64,000 bases of DNA from a virus. Made by a program: the position numbers and the translations under genes. Shown here in pieces: positions 37,298-46,706 of this stretch. Each line of letters begins with the position of its first letter. Positions within the stretch are counted from its first letter, which is position 1. The stretch is taken from IMG/VR virus record IMGVR_UViG_3300037465_000316; one strand, 5' to 3'. Below the pieces are notes generated by a model, which saw only the letters and a list, made by a program, of their open reading frames with translations, was not told the origin of the DNA and ran no database searches.

Positions 37298-38201
37298 CCA
37301 ATACAAAGCTGCCCTGAACGGCTCACCTACCAATGAGACTTACAAGGCGAGTCTGGTCGCCTTAGAACAATTCTATCAAGACCGGGATGGCTTTCAGGTT
37401 GAGGATATCTCAGAGTATCATCAGTATCTGCTTGAACAAGAGTACTCAGATAATACAGCCCGGCTCTATACCTCGGTCATGAGAAAATTGCTGAAATGGT
37501 CTGTGGTGAAAGAGTTACTAAACGCTAACGATGTGGTCAGGGCTGAAGCATACTATGATACCATTGGCCAGCAGCGAAGCGGCTTTAAGCGCCGGCAGAT
37601 CAATGAAGACGACATCAAAAAACTGTCCGGATTCTTTGAACCCTCTAATCCCGACGACCTTATCTATATGAGGAACCGGGCGCTAGTCAGACTTTTACTT
37701 GGGACCGGGCTGCGAATTACCGAGGCATTGAACCTCGACCGGCAACCATTTGATGAATTCTTCGGCAATTGGAATGGACGTAGAGAGTTAGTTTTGCCCA
37801 TTCTGGGCAAGGGTAAGAAGATCAGGGACATGATCATACTCCCTGAATATCTTAAACCTATTCAAGAATACCTCTCTCTGCGAACCGACCGCTATCCGGC
37901 CCTATTTTGCTCACACGCGAACCGCGCTGGGGAAGATGGCAGAATTAGCCGGAAAACCGCCTATAAGGTTTTTCAGGATGTAGCCGAGCTTCTTAACCTA
38001 AAGAGCTTCATCTCGCCACATGCATTGCGACATTTCTTCTCTGAAACCTTAATGGAGCGGGGAATGGCCTTAGAAGATTTGCAAGACTTATTAGGCCATG
38101 CCAACCCTGCCACAACCAAGCGCTCCTACGCGGGAGTGGCCAAAACTAAACGATTAGCCAGAATCCGCAGACAATTCGAGGAGGGCCATGAAGAAGATTA
38201 G
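37281..38201 (+). CDS. tyrosine recombinase (XerC/D-like)
   Basis: RNRAL..LLLGTGLRITEAL, GKGKKIR, HALRH, LGHANPATTKRSY catalytic residues. Confidence 0.9.
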   Translation: MKNIIDQYKAALNGSPTNETYKASLVALEQFYQDRDGFQVEDISEYHQYLLEQEYSDNTARLYTSVMRKLLKWSVVKELLNANDVVRAEAYYDTIGQQRSGFKRRQINEDDIKKLSGFFEPSNPDDLIYMRNRALVRLLLGTGLRITEALNLDRQPFDEFFGNWNGRRELVLPILGKGKKIRDMIILPEYLKPIQEYLSLRTDRYPALFCSHANRAGEDGRISRKTAYKVFQDVAELLNLKSFISPHALRHFFSETLMERGMALEDLQDLLGHANPATTKRSYAGVAKTKRLARIRRQFEEGHEED

Positions 38202-38391
38202 TGGGTTTATAATGCTCTGTCGTCTCGATACTGAAGCAAATTGGAGGGAAGTCGCCAACCCACTTGATAGCGATCTTAGAGCTGCCTATTCGATACTCGG
38301 CAATAGATTCAATGAATATGTTGAGTGGCTAAACTGTGGTGTAGTTTACCGGGTTATAAGAAATAAAGACCTGGGCAAATATTCTTTATAA
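38188..38391 (+). CDS. hypothetical protein
   Basis: Coupled small ORF. Confidence 0.55.
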   Translation: MKKISGFIMLCRLDTEANWREVANPLDSDLRAAYSILGNRFNEYVEWLNCGVVYRVIRNKDLGKYSL

Positions 38392-38403
38392 GGAGCATGA
38401 TGA

Positions 38404-38835
38404 ATGACCGACAAACTACAAGGGCCTTGCCCTCACAAACTTAATGATACTTGCAACTGTTGGGGGCAGAGTGCTCGCGGCCCGATGGTTTGCAATTGGC
38501 TCGATTTGGATCAAATCAAGCACTCTTGTAACCGTTTCTACATCATGTCTGCCCTCCGAGATATTGCCCCCAACTTATGGGAGCCTAATGGCGTTTGCTG
38601 TGAAGCGTGGCGCTATCTAGCTCTAAAGTGCATGGAAAATTCTGGTTTTGTGATGGGCGCATTTGATATTTGTATCAGGCCAAATGATGGCAAGACCGTG
38701 TGGAGAAACTTCGAGCGAGTGCGTTTCGAGTTTTGCCCCTTCTGCGGCCACCATGCTATCCCATCGCCGGAAAAGCTGAGGAAAATGTGGGATCTCGAAA
38801 GGAATCGTAAACTTTTATTTTACACAGAAAGGTGA
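38404..38835 (+). CDS. Cys-rich hypothetical protein
   Basis: Multiple Cys, including CCEAW and FCPFCG. Confidence 0.6.
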   Translation: MTDKLQGPCPHKLNDTCNCWGQSARGPMVCNWLDLDQIKHSCNRFYIMSALRDIAPNLWEPNGVCCEAWRYLALKCMENSGFVMGAFDICIRPNDGKTVWRNFERVRFEFCPFCGHHAIPSPEKLRKMWDLERNRKLLFYTER

Positions 38836-38847
38836 TTATTTAATCAG
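38832..38847. promoter_or_regulatory. operator copy ahead of the DUF6884-TGT genes
   Basis: GTGATTATTTAATCAG, 15/16 match to the palindrome, 2 nt before ATG 38850. Confidence 0.6.
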
Positions 38848-38849
38848 TT

Positions 38850-39308
38850 ATGGATAAAGCACTTATCATTTCATGCTCCGGCAAAAAATGCCTCGATAGA
38901 GGAGCGGCCATTAATCTCTATGATGGCAACATGTTCCACATTCTGAGACGCTGGAAGCCACGTGTGGATGTGTTCATTCTCTCAGCCAAATATGGGTTGA
39001 TTCCAGCCCATAAGGAGATTGAGGCTTACGACCTGACCATAGATCGCAGCACCTTGACTATTGCTGACATTAGCCGGCAGTGGAAAGAGTTGGAACTGTC
39101 AAACTATAAGAAAATCTATATCTGCATGAGTGAGTCTTATACCTCAGTCTTGGTCCCAACAATCCATGACTACCTGGGAGGCTTAAAGGCAGTATGCCTT
39201 ATAGGAGACGGTAAGGGTATCGGTGTCAAAATGGCGTTTCTCAAGAAGTTCTGCCTCAGAAACCAGAATACCCTGACAGTTCCAGCCTGGCATAAGGTAG
39301 TTAAATGA
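38850..39308 (+). CDS. DUF6884-like protein
   Basis: LIISCSGKK...A..LYDG......DVFILSAKYGLI.....IEAYDLT. Confidence 0.75.
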   Translation: MDKALIISCSGKKCLDRGAAINLYDGNMFHILRRWKPRVDVFILSAKYGLIPAHKEIEAYDLTIDRSTLTIADISRQWKELELSNYKKIYICMSESYTSVLVPTIHDYLGGLKAVCLIGDGKGIGVKMAFLKKFCLRNQNTLTVPAWHKVVK

Positions 39309-40663
39309 GTTATTTGGGCATTGCTGGAACGGATGAGAATCGCCGGATCGAGCAGGCCATGATCGGCATCGCCGGAGATACCAAACGAGGCAATATCAAG
39401 GCGGCCCATCTGGGAATTGCTGGAAATGGCAGCGTTCCTCACTCAGCCGTTGGAATTGCCGGTGAGGTCAAAGGCCAAACCGAAACAGGTGTGAATGGCG
39501 CCTTCGGGATAAGTGGCATTAATTGTCACAGCACCATCGGCCACCAGCTCAGGTTACGAGATGATGAACTTAGCCTGGTTTCCAGGCAAAGTTACCGCTT
39601 GGGCGACCGGGCTGTAAGAGAGTCATGGCGCCGAGGGATTTGGTTTGCGGACTTCACCTACCTGGTTAGCCCATTTGCCGGCAGTAACGGCCGGGGAAAC
39701 CTGGCCTGGCGCGAGGGCCGGGAACAGATTTTTAGTGTTGATAACCGTATCATGCCCGTTTACCTCGATTCCTGTGGGTTCAGACGGGTGATTACAGAAA
39801 CAGCGCCCGAATGGGCCAAGCCTTTCGAAGTGTACCCGCGAGCCATCGAGATCATTAATCCTGATGGCTATGCTACCTGGGATAATCCCAAAGACCGCGC
39901 AGAAACCATGAAATACACTCAGGAAATGATGCGGCTTTACCCTGGGGATACACGAATGTGGCCGGTTTACTCGGTCCGGTGGGCCTGGGATGACAAGGCC
40001 CATCTCAAATACAGCCAATTACCAGGTTGGCGCAGCGATTCACTTAGCTACCTGATTCCAGAAACACGTACCCAAAAACTATTCTCTGCTGACACAAAGG
40101 AACTGTGGGCCCGGCAGGCTATTGCTAACGCCCTGGAAATGGCCAAGGATCCCCATCTTCGATGGATGGTAGATGAGTTTGGGAAAGTCATGATCGGGGG
40201 TATGGTCAAAGGCCCATGTCCCCGCGATGCTCGACACCTCTTTGTGGCTGCTCTTTGCAAAATCTTCCCTGAAGCAAATTTCTGGCTGCTTGGCCAGGCT
40301 AATTTCAAGGTCATCAATGGCCTGGGCAAGCTCGGACTCCTGGATAGAGTGTGGTGCGACGGTACATGGTGGATCAAGGACGCCACCTGTGAGAGGTTCG
40401 CATACGTAGAAAACGGGCTGATAACCATGCTCTCATTCGAGATGCCGAGGTTTCGGGGGAAGCGAGATAAGAGTAAGAAACGGCAAACCTTCTTCACTTT
40501 GACGGAAATGATGGCGGCCAACATCCGTAGTTTGCTGGCCGCCTATGAGGGTCTGTGGGAATGGCCGCCACCTGAGCCGTTACCTGTTGACCTGATAGAT
40601 ATAAATCAAGTGATTGAGCTTAAAGACAGATACAGGCATGCTCAACTGGAATTAGGATTGTAA
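39305..40663 (+). CDS. TGT-fold (DpdA/queuine tRNA-ribosyltransferase-like) base-exchange protein with N-terminal GIAG repeats
   Basis: YLDSCGF, ATWDNP, MWPVY, MIGGMV, FWLLG, CDGTWW in TGT motif order. Confidence 0.7.
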   Translation: MSYLGIAGTDENRRIEQAMIGIAGDTKRGNIKAAHLGIAGNGSVPHSAVGIAGEVKGQTETGVNGAFGISGINCHSTIGHQLRLRDDELSLVSRQSYRLGDRAVRESWRRGIWFADFTYLVSPFAGSNGRGNLAWREGREQIFSVDNRIMPVYLDSCGFRRVITETAPEWAKPFEVYPRAIEIINPDGYATWDNPKDRAETMKYTQEMMRLYPGDTRMWPVYSVRWAWDDKAHLKYSQLPGWRSDSLSYLIPETRTQKLFSADTKELWARQAIANALEMAKDPHLRWMVDEFGKVMIGGMVKGPCPRDARHLFVAALCKIFPEANFWLLGQANFKVINGLGKLGLLDRVWCDGTWWIKDATCERFAYVENGLITMLSFEMPRFRGKRDKSKKRQTFFTLTEMMAANIRSLLAAYEGLWEWPPPEPLPVDLIDINQVIELKDRYRHAQLELGL

Positions 40664-40681
40664 CTTTAGAAAGGACAAATT

Positions 40682-41122
40682 ATGCCGCCGAATGAGTTAA
40701 AAGTTCTCTCGATGTGGGAGCCGTGGGCCAGCCTGGTCGCCGGGGGCTATAAGAGATTCGAGACTCGATCATGGGCTACGAGTTATCGTGGGCCTGTGGT
40801 CATCCACGCCACGAAGATGGTTGATGAAGCCTTCTTTGCGAATGTGTTTACCTGGATGGCCTTGATGGACTATTGCTCCCCCAAACAGTTGCCCCTGGGC
40901 TGCGCCATTGCCATTGTTGACCTGATGTGCATCCACGAAGCCGATGCGGTTCGAGATAAGATCAGTTGGCGGGAACTACACTTCGGCAACTATGAATCTG
41001 GCCGAAAGATTTGGGAGTTTCAGAACGTGCGACGGCTACCTGAGCCGGTCCCAATGCGTGGTCATCAGTGGTTGTTTAGTATCAGTCGAAATCAGTATCC
41101 TCAGATTTGGGAGTCTCTGTAA
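40682..41122 (+). CDS. ASCH domain protein
   Basis: LSMWEPWASLVAGGYKRFETRSW...RGPVVIHA...GCAIAIVDL...P.PMRG.QWLF. Confidence 0.9.
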   Translation: MPPNELKVLSMWEPWASLVAGGYKRFETRSWATSYRGPVVIHATKMVDEAFFANVFTWMALMDYCSPKQLPLGCAIAIVDLMCIHEADAVRDKISWRELHFGNYESGRKIWEFQNVRRLPEPVPMRGHQWLFSISRNQYPQIWESL

Positions 41123-41718
41123 TGCCGGCTAACTGGCTTGGTATGAAGGAGGTGCCAAGGCCAGCGGAGGAGGGTGATTTCTACCCTACTCCGCCTGGTG
41201 CGACTCTCGCTCTACTACAAAAAGAGGATTTTCCCGGTCCAATTTGGGAGCCGGCCTGCGGCGCCGGTGATATCAGTAAGGTTGTAGAAGAGGCTGGGTA
41301 TAGAGTTGTTAGTAGTGACTTCTTTGACCGTGGTTACGGTATGCCAGGCATTGACTATTTCTCAGTGACTGCGCTTCCGCTCGGCTGCCGGTCAATCAAC
41401 TCGGCCGGGACCAAAATGACAACCACAGACTGGATCAGGCACACCACCTACCTTGCTGGCCTAAAGAAAATGGCCTTGTTCATGAAAACAACTGCTCTGG
41501 CCGGAAAAAGTCGCAGCCTGGCCCTGGCAAAAACAGGGTTCTGCCGCCTGCTTCAGTTTAGGGGCAGGATTAAATGCAAGCAGGGGGAATTGGCCGGTAA
41601 AGAGGATAACTCGGCCATGATGGAGTTCGCCTGGTTCATCTTCGAGCCGGGCTTTACCGGCGAACCCACCATCAGGTGGATTGATGAAATCAACTATGCT
41701 CAACCGGAGTTACTATGA
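41122..41718 (+). CDS. SAM-dependent DNA methyltransferase-like protein with degenerate catalytic motif
   Basis: DFYPTP, IWEPACGAGDI, V.SSD...GYG; no NPPY/F. Confidence 0.7.
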   Translation: MPANWLGMKEVPRPAEEGDFYPTPPGATLALLQKEDFPGPIWEPACGAGDISKVVEEAGYRVVSSDFFDRGYGMPGIDYFSVTALPLGCRSINSAGTKMTTTDWIRHTTYLAGLKKMALFMKTTALAGKSRSLALAKTGFCRLLQFRGRIKCKQGELAGKEDNSAMMEFAWFIFEPGFTGEPTIRWIDEINYAQPELL

Positions 41719-42143
41719 GAACGCCAAAGTACAAGATCGGTGACTTTATCTACTTCACCTATTTCCCCAGGGAGGAAGCAAACAAGGAAACAGGTGAGGT
41801 CACACTTACTTCCCCAGAGTATCCGGGTCGTATCTATGGGATTGCCCACAGCTTTCCATCTTATGGCCCCTCGGTTTGCAGGGATGGAGATGGCAATATC
41901 GTTGAATACAACGCCAATGAACTCCGCTTCGAGGATGGCTCGATTATACCCCGAATTTTTACCAAGAGTGAGCATGGCTATTTCTTTTACGCGGTTGAGT
42001 TTGACCTGGAAGCCATAGCCATACTTGAGCTTCCCCAATTGGTAAGAACTATTAAGACAGCGGATGGTCGGAAAATTGAGGTGATTTCCAGAAACGACAT
42101 CATCAGAGAGGAGCAGATCACTGGAGAAGGGGTAGAGTTTTAA
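41715..42143 (+). CDS. hypothetical protein
   Basis: ATGA-coupled ORF. Confidence 0.6.
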   Translation: MRTPKYKIGDFIYFTYFPREEANKETGEVTLTSPEYPGRIYGIAHSFPSYGPSVCRDGDGNIVEYNANELRFEDGSIIPRIFTKSEHGYFFYAVEFDLEAIAILELPQLVRTIKTADGRKIEVISRNDIIREEQITGEGVEF

Positions 42144-42571
42144 TGAATCCCCTTGAACTTGAACTGCTAGAAACCGCATACGGTGACTACCGTTTCAGAA
42201 CCGCAAAACAGATTCGGGATTGGGTTCTGATGCACCTGCAATATGAATACCAGAACGGCGCCCTTTCTGAAACCGCGCACCTGTACTATCACACCATCTC
42301 CCACGAAAAGCTGCGTAAGATTGCTCCTAAAGTAGAGGCGGCAGCCCTGCGACTTGGCCATGACTTAGATGTTGGTGATATGAAAGAGGAGTGGGTAGCA
42401 GCCAGTGCCCTGGCAGTTCTGAGATTCTTCCATCACCCCCAGGTTCTGCATGTCAACGAAAAAACCTTCACTCTGGCCGCTGTTGAGAAGTGGCTGGAGC
42501 AAAGAGAGACTCGCGTGGATAAGAAACCCTCTGCGAGTGATGTAATCATTCAACAAATCAAGATGTTTTAA
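42143..42571 (+). CDS. hypothetical protein
   Basis: TAATG-coupled ORF. Confidence 0.6.
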   Translation: MNPLELELLETAYGDYRFRTAKQIRDWVLMHLQYEYQNGALSETAHLYYHTISHEKLRKIAPKVEAAALRLGHDLDVGDMKEEWVAASALAVLRFFHHPQVLHVNEKTFTLAAVEKWLEQRETRVDKKPSASDVIIQQIKMF

Positions 42572-42587
42572 GAAAGGAATTTTTATC

Positions 42588-43061
42588 ATGTCAGAAGTAG
42601 TAAAAATCTTAATGGGCCATGACAGCCCGGAAACAGCCCTCATTATCTCTGACTACCCAACCGGGCGCATGGAGCGTTGCGTCAAACGTGTTTGGGTCGA
42701 TCAAAATCCCAAACACGGCCAGCGCTGCGTCTATCAGACCAGCCAGCCAAAAAGCTGGATGATGATGAATGGTTGGAAAGAAGGCGACGCCATTCCTGAG
42801 CACTGGTGGCGAGCGCGGAAGGCTTCAACCTACAGCGGCCTTATTGTCATGTACCTGGATGAAAATGGCTATCAGCAGTTTGCCGCTCTCCACTGGTACG
42901 AGACGCGAGAGAAAATAGAGGCCTTCGAAGCCCGGTTCAAAGAATACTTTGAGGCCAACGAGTATGCGCGGAAGTTTGCAGAAGAGGCCAAGAAGTTTGC
43001 TGACAAACGCAAGGCATATTGGAGCAAGGCCACCTTTACCACGGTGACTCATGACGCCTAA
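42588..43061 (+). CDS. hypothetical phage protein
   Basis: AGGA RBS; DYP.GR..RC.KR.W...G.R..YQT..PK pattern. Confidence 0.65.
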   Translation: MSEVVKILMGHDSPETALIISDYPTGRMERCVKRVWVDQNPKHGQRCVYQTSQPKSWMMMNGWKEGDAIPEHWWRARKASTYSGLIVMYLDENGYQQFAALHWYETREKIEAFEARFKEYFEANEYARKFAEEAKKFADKRKAYWSKATFTTVTHDA

Positions 43062-43449
43062 GTTCACCATCCTTGAGGCCACGAAAGGCAGCAAGGTTCT
43101 TTACCTTATCGGCGCCGATCCTGGTGAAAGTGTCAGGGCCCTGGATGATTTCCAGATCGCTTTAGGAGCACTGGCCAAGCGCAAACAGGCTCTGAGAGAA
43201 CACCGGCTCGACCAGATTCGCGCTGCGCGAGTTTACCAGTTGGTCGAGGCTGCGGGTGAGCTTCAGCCAATATGCCGGCGTTTTGGTTACGATTCTCACG
43301 TGCAGCTTTTCTTCAGGATGGCTTACCTGGGCCTTGCGCGCTCTTTCGATTACATCAGTGAGGCTCTGGATATCCCTGAAGAGAAGCTCATGGAGCTAAT
43401 GCTCTGGCTTGAACGCGAGCTGGGTATTGCCGATGAGGACGGAAATTAA
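43051..43449 (+). CDS. hypothetical protein
   Basis: Coupled ORF, 132 aa. Confidence 0.6.
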   Translation: MTPKFTILEATKGSKVLYLIGADPGESVRALDDFQIALGALAKRKQALREHRLDQIRAARVYQLVEAAGELQPICRRFGYDSHVQLFFRMAYLGLARSFDYISEALDIPEEKLMELMLWLERELGIADEDGN

Positions 43450-44176
43450 ATTCTTTGAGGCAACTGAGGAGGGTGAGAAGGAGGCCATTGACCTCTTTCT
43501 CACCCGTTATCATACCCGGCAGCGGGGTAGCACGGTTGGTTATCGTGCTTACTTTGCCGCAGTGACTGACGACGACCGGCCGCTTTTAGAGCGTCTTGTC
43601 GCTGTGGCCAAGTTCTGCCCGCTCCACACGCCGGCAGCGGCTAACTTTTTCTATGGCAAACCCGGAGGCGAGAAGCATGTCTACACCCTCCAGCGACTGT
43701 GCGCCTATCATCCCCCGACAAACCTCCTTAGCAAGTTCCTGGGGTGGTGTCTGAAGCAGATAGATAAGGACAAGCAGATTCACTATATCGCCACCTACGC
43801 GGCGACCGACAGCTTCCGGCCCGATGGCCGGCCACATGATGGCGGTATTTACCGGGCCTGTAACTTCATCTACTGCGGGATGACTAATCCCAAGAAGAAG
43901 GTTGAGGCATTTGTTCTGAATGGTGAGCGTCATAGCGTCCGCAAAGGAGGTAAGACTCTCCGAATAAAGGACATCCCTCCGGGGGCAAGGCTCATCCGAT
44001 CCAGCCCGATGCACCGATACTGCATTGCAATCGGCAGCCCGTTCGAGAAGGCTTTTCGCCAGGCAGACCTGCGGCGCAGAATGGCTAAATATCAATTCAA
44101 GGCTGTTTATCAGCCTAGACTACTGTTTAAGAAAGGATTTATTCTATGCCTATTGAGATTTTGGCGGCTAAAGTAG
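43433..44176 (+). CDS. Mom-like (GNAT-fold) DNA base-modification protein
   Basis: YTLQRLC...NLLSKFLGWCLK....IATYA......HDGGIYRACNFIYCG matches Mu Mom-family motifs. Confidence 0.75.
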   Translation: MRTEIKFFEATEEGEKEAIDLFLTRYHTRQRGSTVGYRAYFAAVTDDDRPLLERLVAVAKFCPLHTPAAANFFYGKPGGEKHVYTLQRLCAYHPPTNLLSKFLGWCLKQIDKDKQIHYIATYAATDSFRPDGRPHDGGIYRACNFIYCGMTNPKKKVEAFVLNGERHSVRKGGKTLRIKDIPPGARLIRSSPMHRYCIAIGSPFEKAFRQADLRRRMAKYQFKAVYQPRLLFKKGFILCLLRFWRLK

Positions 44177-44715
44177 ATTGGGGCTGCGGCCATGATGGTT
44201 GGCCAGAGTTACAAGTGCTGGTTTCCGGTCTGCCCAGCCACCATGAACTGGTCTACACCCGCCACCCTAATCACTCATTTTACTATGCTGAGGTTGGCGG
44301 CTATGTTAGCTTTTTCGCTGCCGGTGAAGGTCCCAATGGCGAGGGTTATGGTGGTCGGCGCTTCACCTTGAAGCTGAAGGAGCATCCACCCGCATATGTT
44401 GTTGACTACATGGCAACGAACCGCCGAGATCCCGCTACACACTATAACCCTGAAACCAGGACTGTAACTCTCATTGGCCTCTGGTCGGGTTCAACTCACG
44501 ATGTCCATGAACTTGGGTTTGGTCCGTGTTTTAGCTGCGATATCACAGACGATGCCATGGTCAAGCTGGTCAAGGTCAATGGTTACGATCATGGCCGAGA
44601 AAGGGGAGTATATTCCTGGCACGTCGCCCATCTGCGCTTCCCTCACGATGAGGTCACTCAGAAACAGCCGATGGACTGGTACAACGAGCTAAAGATGGGC
44701 AGGAGGGAGAGATGA
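44146..44715 (+). CDS. hypothetical protein
   Basis: 189-aa coupled ORF. Confidence 0.6.
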   Translation: MPIEILAAKVDWGCGHDGWPELQVLVSGLPSHHELVYTRHPNHSFYYAEVGGYVSFFAAGEGPNGEGYGGRRFTLKLKEHPPAYVVDYMATNRRDPATHYNPETRTVTLIGLWSGSTHDVHELGFGPCFSCDITDDAMVKLVKVNGYDHGRERGVYSWHVAHLRFPHDEVTQKQPMDWYNELKMGRRER

Positions 44716-44812
44716 AGTCTGAAATCAGCCTGCTGCAGATTGAATTACACCGCTTTTCGCCGGGAGTTTACCAGAGAAAATACCTGCCTTACCATATTCA
44801 GTCAATCTTAAA

Positions 44813-45661
44813 ATGAAACGCGCACTCTCAGATAAAGAAACACGCCGGCGCGCCCTGGGCCATTCCCTTCGTCGCGCCGGCTGCTCACCACTACAAATCC
44901 TGGCCTATCTCCTGGCCGACACCCTGGATATCCCTGGGGAGGAAGCCCTCATCAAGATAATGACGATCATCTCAGCCTGGCAAGACCACCCCGACTACGA
45001 TTACTTTTATCAGGCTCACTATGGGAGGCACAAGGTCAAAGAGGAGCCTCTTTCGGCGCTGGCCCTGGGAGTTTTTGAACATGAACCCAATCAGAAGGGG
45101 CAGGCCGAGAGCTATGTCATTACCTCGGTAAGAGAGATACTAAACCACGTGGAGTGGGGTGAGCGTTCCCTGGGGAAATTCATTGATATTCGTCCCTTCC
45201 CCCACGATCTCCATGTTGAGCCGGGCATGACCATCCGGGTATCTTACCTCTCCTTCTCGCTTAAAGGAAGCGGTAGAGCTTTTCAGGCCCGAATGAGGCT
45301 AAAGAAACTACTGCCGGATGAGCTTAAACACCTGGTAAAACTTGCTCGCAGCTTCAACCGCAAGTCACTTGGAAAATTAAAGACCATTAAAGGCTACACA
45401 CGTAAGAAGGCGGCCTTCTTTGGTGAACATGTATCTCAAGAAGAAATTGACCACCTGAAAGAGATTCTGGTGGACTACACGCAATTTTGGGATGCAGCCA
45501 CCGGCAAGATGCACCCTAATGATGCCCCCTCAATCTTCAAGGTACATCAGATGGATTTCTTCAACCAAGTGGGGGAAAATGCCACTATCCACTTCGGCCA
45601 GAGAGAAGCCGATGAGTATAGCAAACCCTACCGAATATCAAGCCCCTCTTTGAGCCTCTGA
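44813..45661 (+). CDS. hypothetical protein
   Basis: 282 aa; no motif recognised. Confidence 0.65.
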   Translation: MKRALSDKETRRRALGHSLRRAGCSPLQILAYLLADTLDIPGEEALIKIMTIISAWQDHPDYDYFYQAHYGRHKVKEEPLSALALGVFEHEPNQKGQAESYVITSVREILNHVEWGERSLGKFIDIRPFPHDLHVEPGMTIRVSYLSFSLKGSGRAFQARMRLKKLLPDELKHLVKLARSFNRKSLGKLKTIKGYTRKKAAFFGEHVSQEEIDHLKEILVDYTQFWDAATGKMHPNDAPSIFKVHQMDFFNQVGENATIHFGQREADEYSKPYRISSPSLSL

Positions 45662-45724
45662 GGCCCTACTCTTAATCACCACTCTAACACTACAACCCAA
45701 AAATTCTACAAAAAGGACTCCGTC

Positions 45725-45826
45725 ATGATCACCACCTTCGTTATTGGCGTTGTTGCCTGCGCCGCCATTGGGGTAATTACATACCTGGCTATCTCTGCCG
45801 GAAGCGATTACCTTAATCGTAAATAG
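45725..45826 (+). CDS. 33-aa single-TM peptide
   Basis: AAAGGA RBS; MITTFVIGVVACAAIGVITYLAISAGSDYLNRK. Confidence 0.5.
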   Translation: MITTFVIGVVACAAIGVITYLAISAGSDYLNRK

Positions 45827-45938
45827 GGCGATTTAATCACCTTCCCTGGGGAGAACCTGGGGTGTGTGGAGAGGGGTATCGTTCGCACTAAAGTGCTCAC
45901 TGTGAACTACCCCCCTGCCACGTTGATTTCAAAAACCA

Positions 45939-46230
45939 CCCCCCTATCCCCCCTCCCCCCCTGCCATCCCGCTCGGCTGCGCCCCGCTCGGCGCTGGCTT
46001 CGCTTCGCTCGCCAGTTAGCCATCGCGGGCGGCCTCGCTTTCACCAGAAAGAAAATACTCACTAAAAGCCGGGTTTTGGCAAGCCCTTATCCAAAAACAT
46101 GTTTCAAGAGACAACTCTATCGGCTGCCATTCGGCCCTTCGCTTCGCTTCGGGCCAACGCTGCCGCGCCTGGCTTGTTGACGCCTCCTGCTGCCTGCCCT
46201 TTGGGGTGGGCTTTCTCTTTTTTAGTGAGA
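45939..46230. repeat. low-complexity non-coding region: C-tracts, GCTTCGC hairpins, CTCACTAAAA/TTTTAGTGAG inverted pair
   Basis: C6-TAT-C6-T-C7 at 45939-45961; CTTCGCTTCGCT twice (about 45998 and 46137). Confidence 0.6.
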
Positions 46231-46281
46231 TTTTTTTTATTTTTTATCTTTATTTCTGGTGCTTAAAGGAGGCACGTCATC

Positions 46282-46371
46282 ATGAAAGCTATCGTTGCTC
46301 TGTTAATCTGCGTTGTTGTTATGGTTGGCGCTCATCTCGGTGGTTGGGTCAACCTGGCTAATCTGTTCTAG
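46282..46371 (+). CDS. 29-aa hydrophobic peptide
   Basis: AAAGGAGG RBS; MKAIVALLICVVVMVGAHLGGWVNLANLF. Confidence 0.55.
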   Translation: MKAIVALLICVVVMVGAHLGGWVNLANLF

Positions 46372-46385
46372 GGGAGTACTACACA

Positions 46386-46706
46386 ATGAAGATCACTTAT
46401 GTAGTTGCCCATAAGCAGAATGGTCGTATTACCTCAGTGCAGTACGGGGAGCAGGCCGAGGCCAAACCCTTTGATAGCAGCATTGAACTCGCCACTATCA
46501 AAGGGCTGGATATGGTCAGTACTGGCCCTAAGCACGCCATCTTCAAGTCTCCAGACCAAACCCCTGGCAAATACGCCAGGGTCAAGGAATGGGTCAAGAC
46601 CAACGAGGTCTACAAGGGCCAGCCAGTCTATGTGAATGAGCGTGGCATTAAGGCCATCCGGCATCCATTACCCCAGGGTAAAGCCTGGTGGGAGGCGGTG
46701 CGCTAA
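46386..46706 (+). CDS. hypothetical protein
   Basis: GGGGAG RBS; 106 aa. Confidence 0.65.
   Translation: MKITYVVAHKQNGRITSVQYGEQAEAKPFDSSIELATIKGLDMVSTGPKHAIFKSPDQTPGKYARVKEWVKTNEVYKGQPVYVNERGIKAIRHPLPQGKAWWEAVR

Noticed and set aside
37281-38400. attP site near the tyrosine recombinase
   Set aside because: No core repeat, tRNA fragment or dif-like site was identifiable by eye, so lysogeny is not established.
45866-46180. 104-aa ORF across the C-rich region
   Set aside because: The Pro/Arg-rich translation reflects low-complexity DNA and has no RBS.
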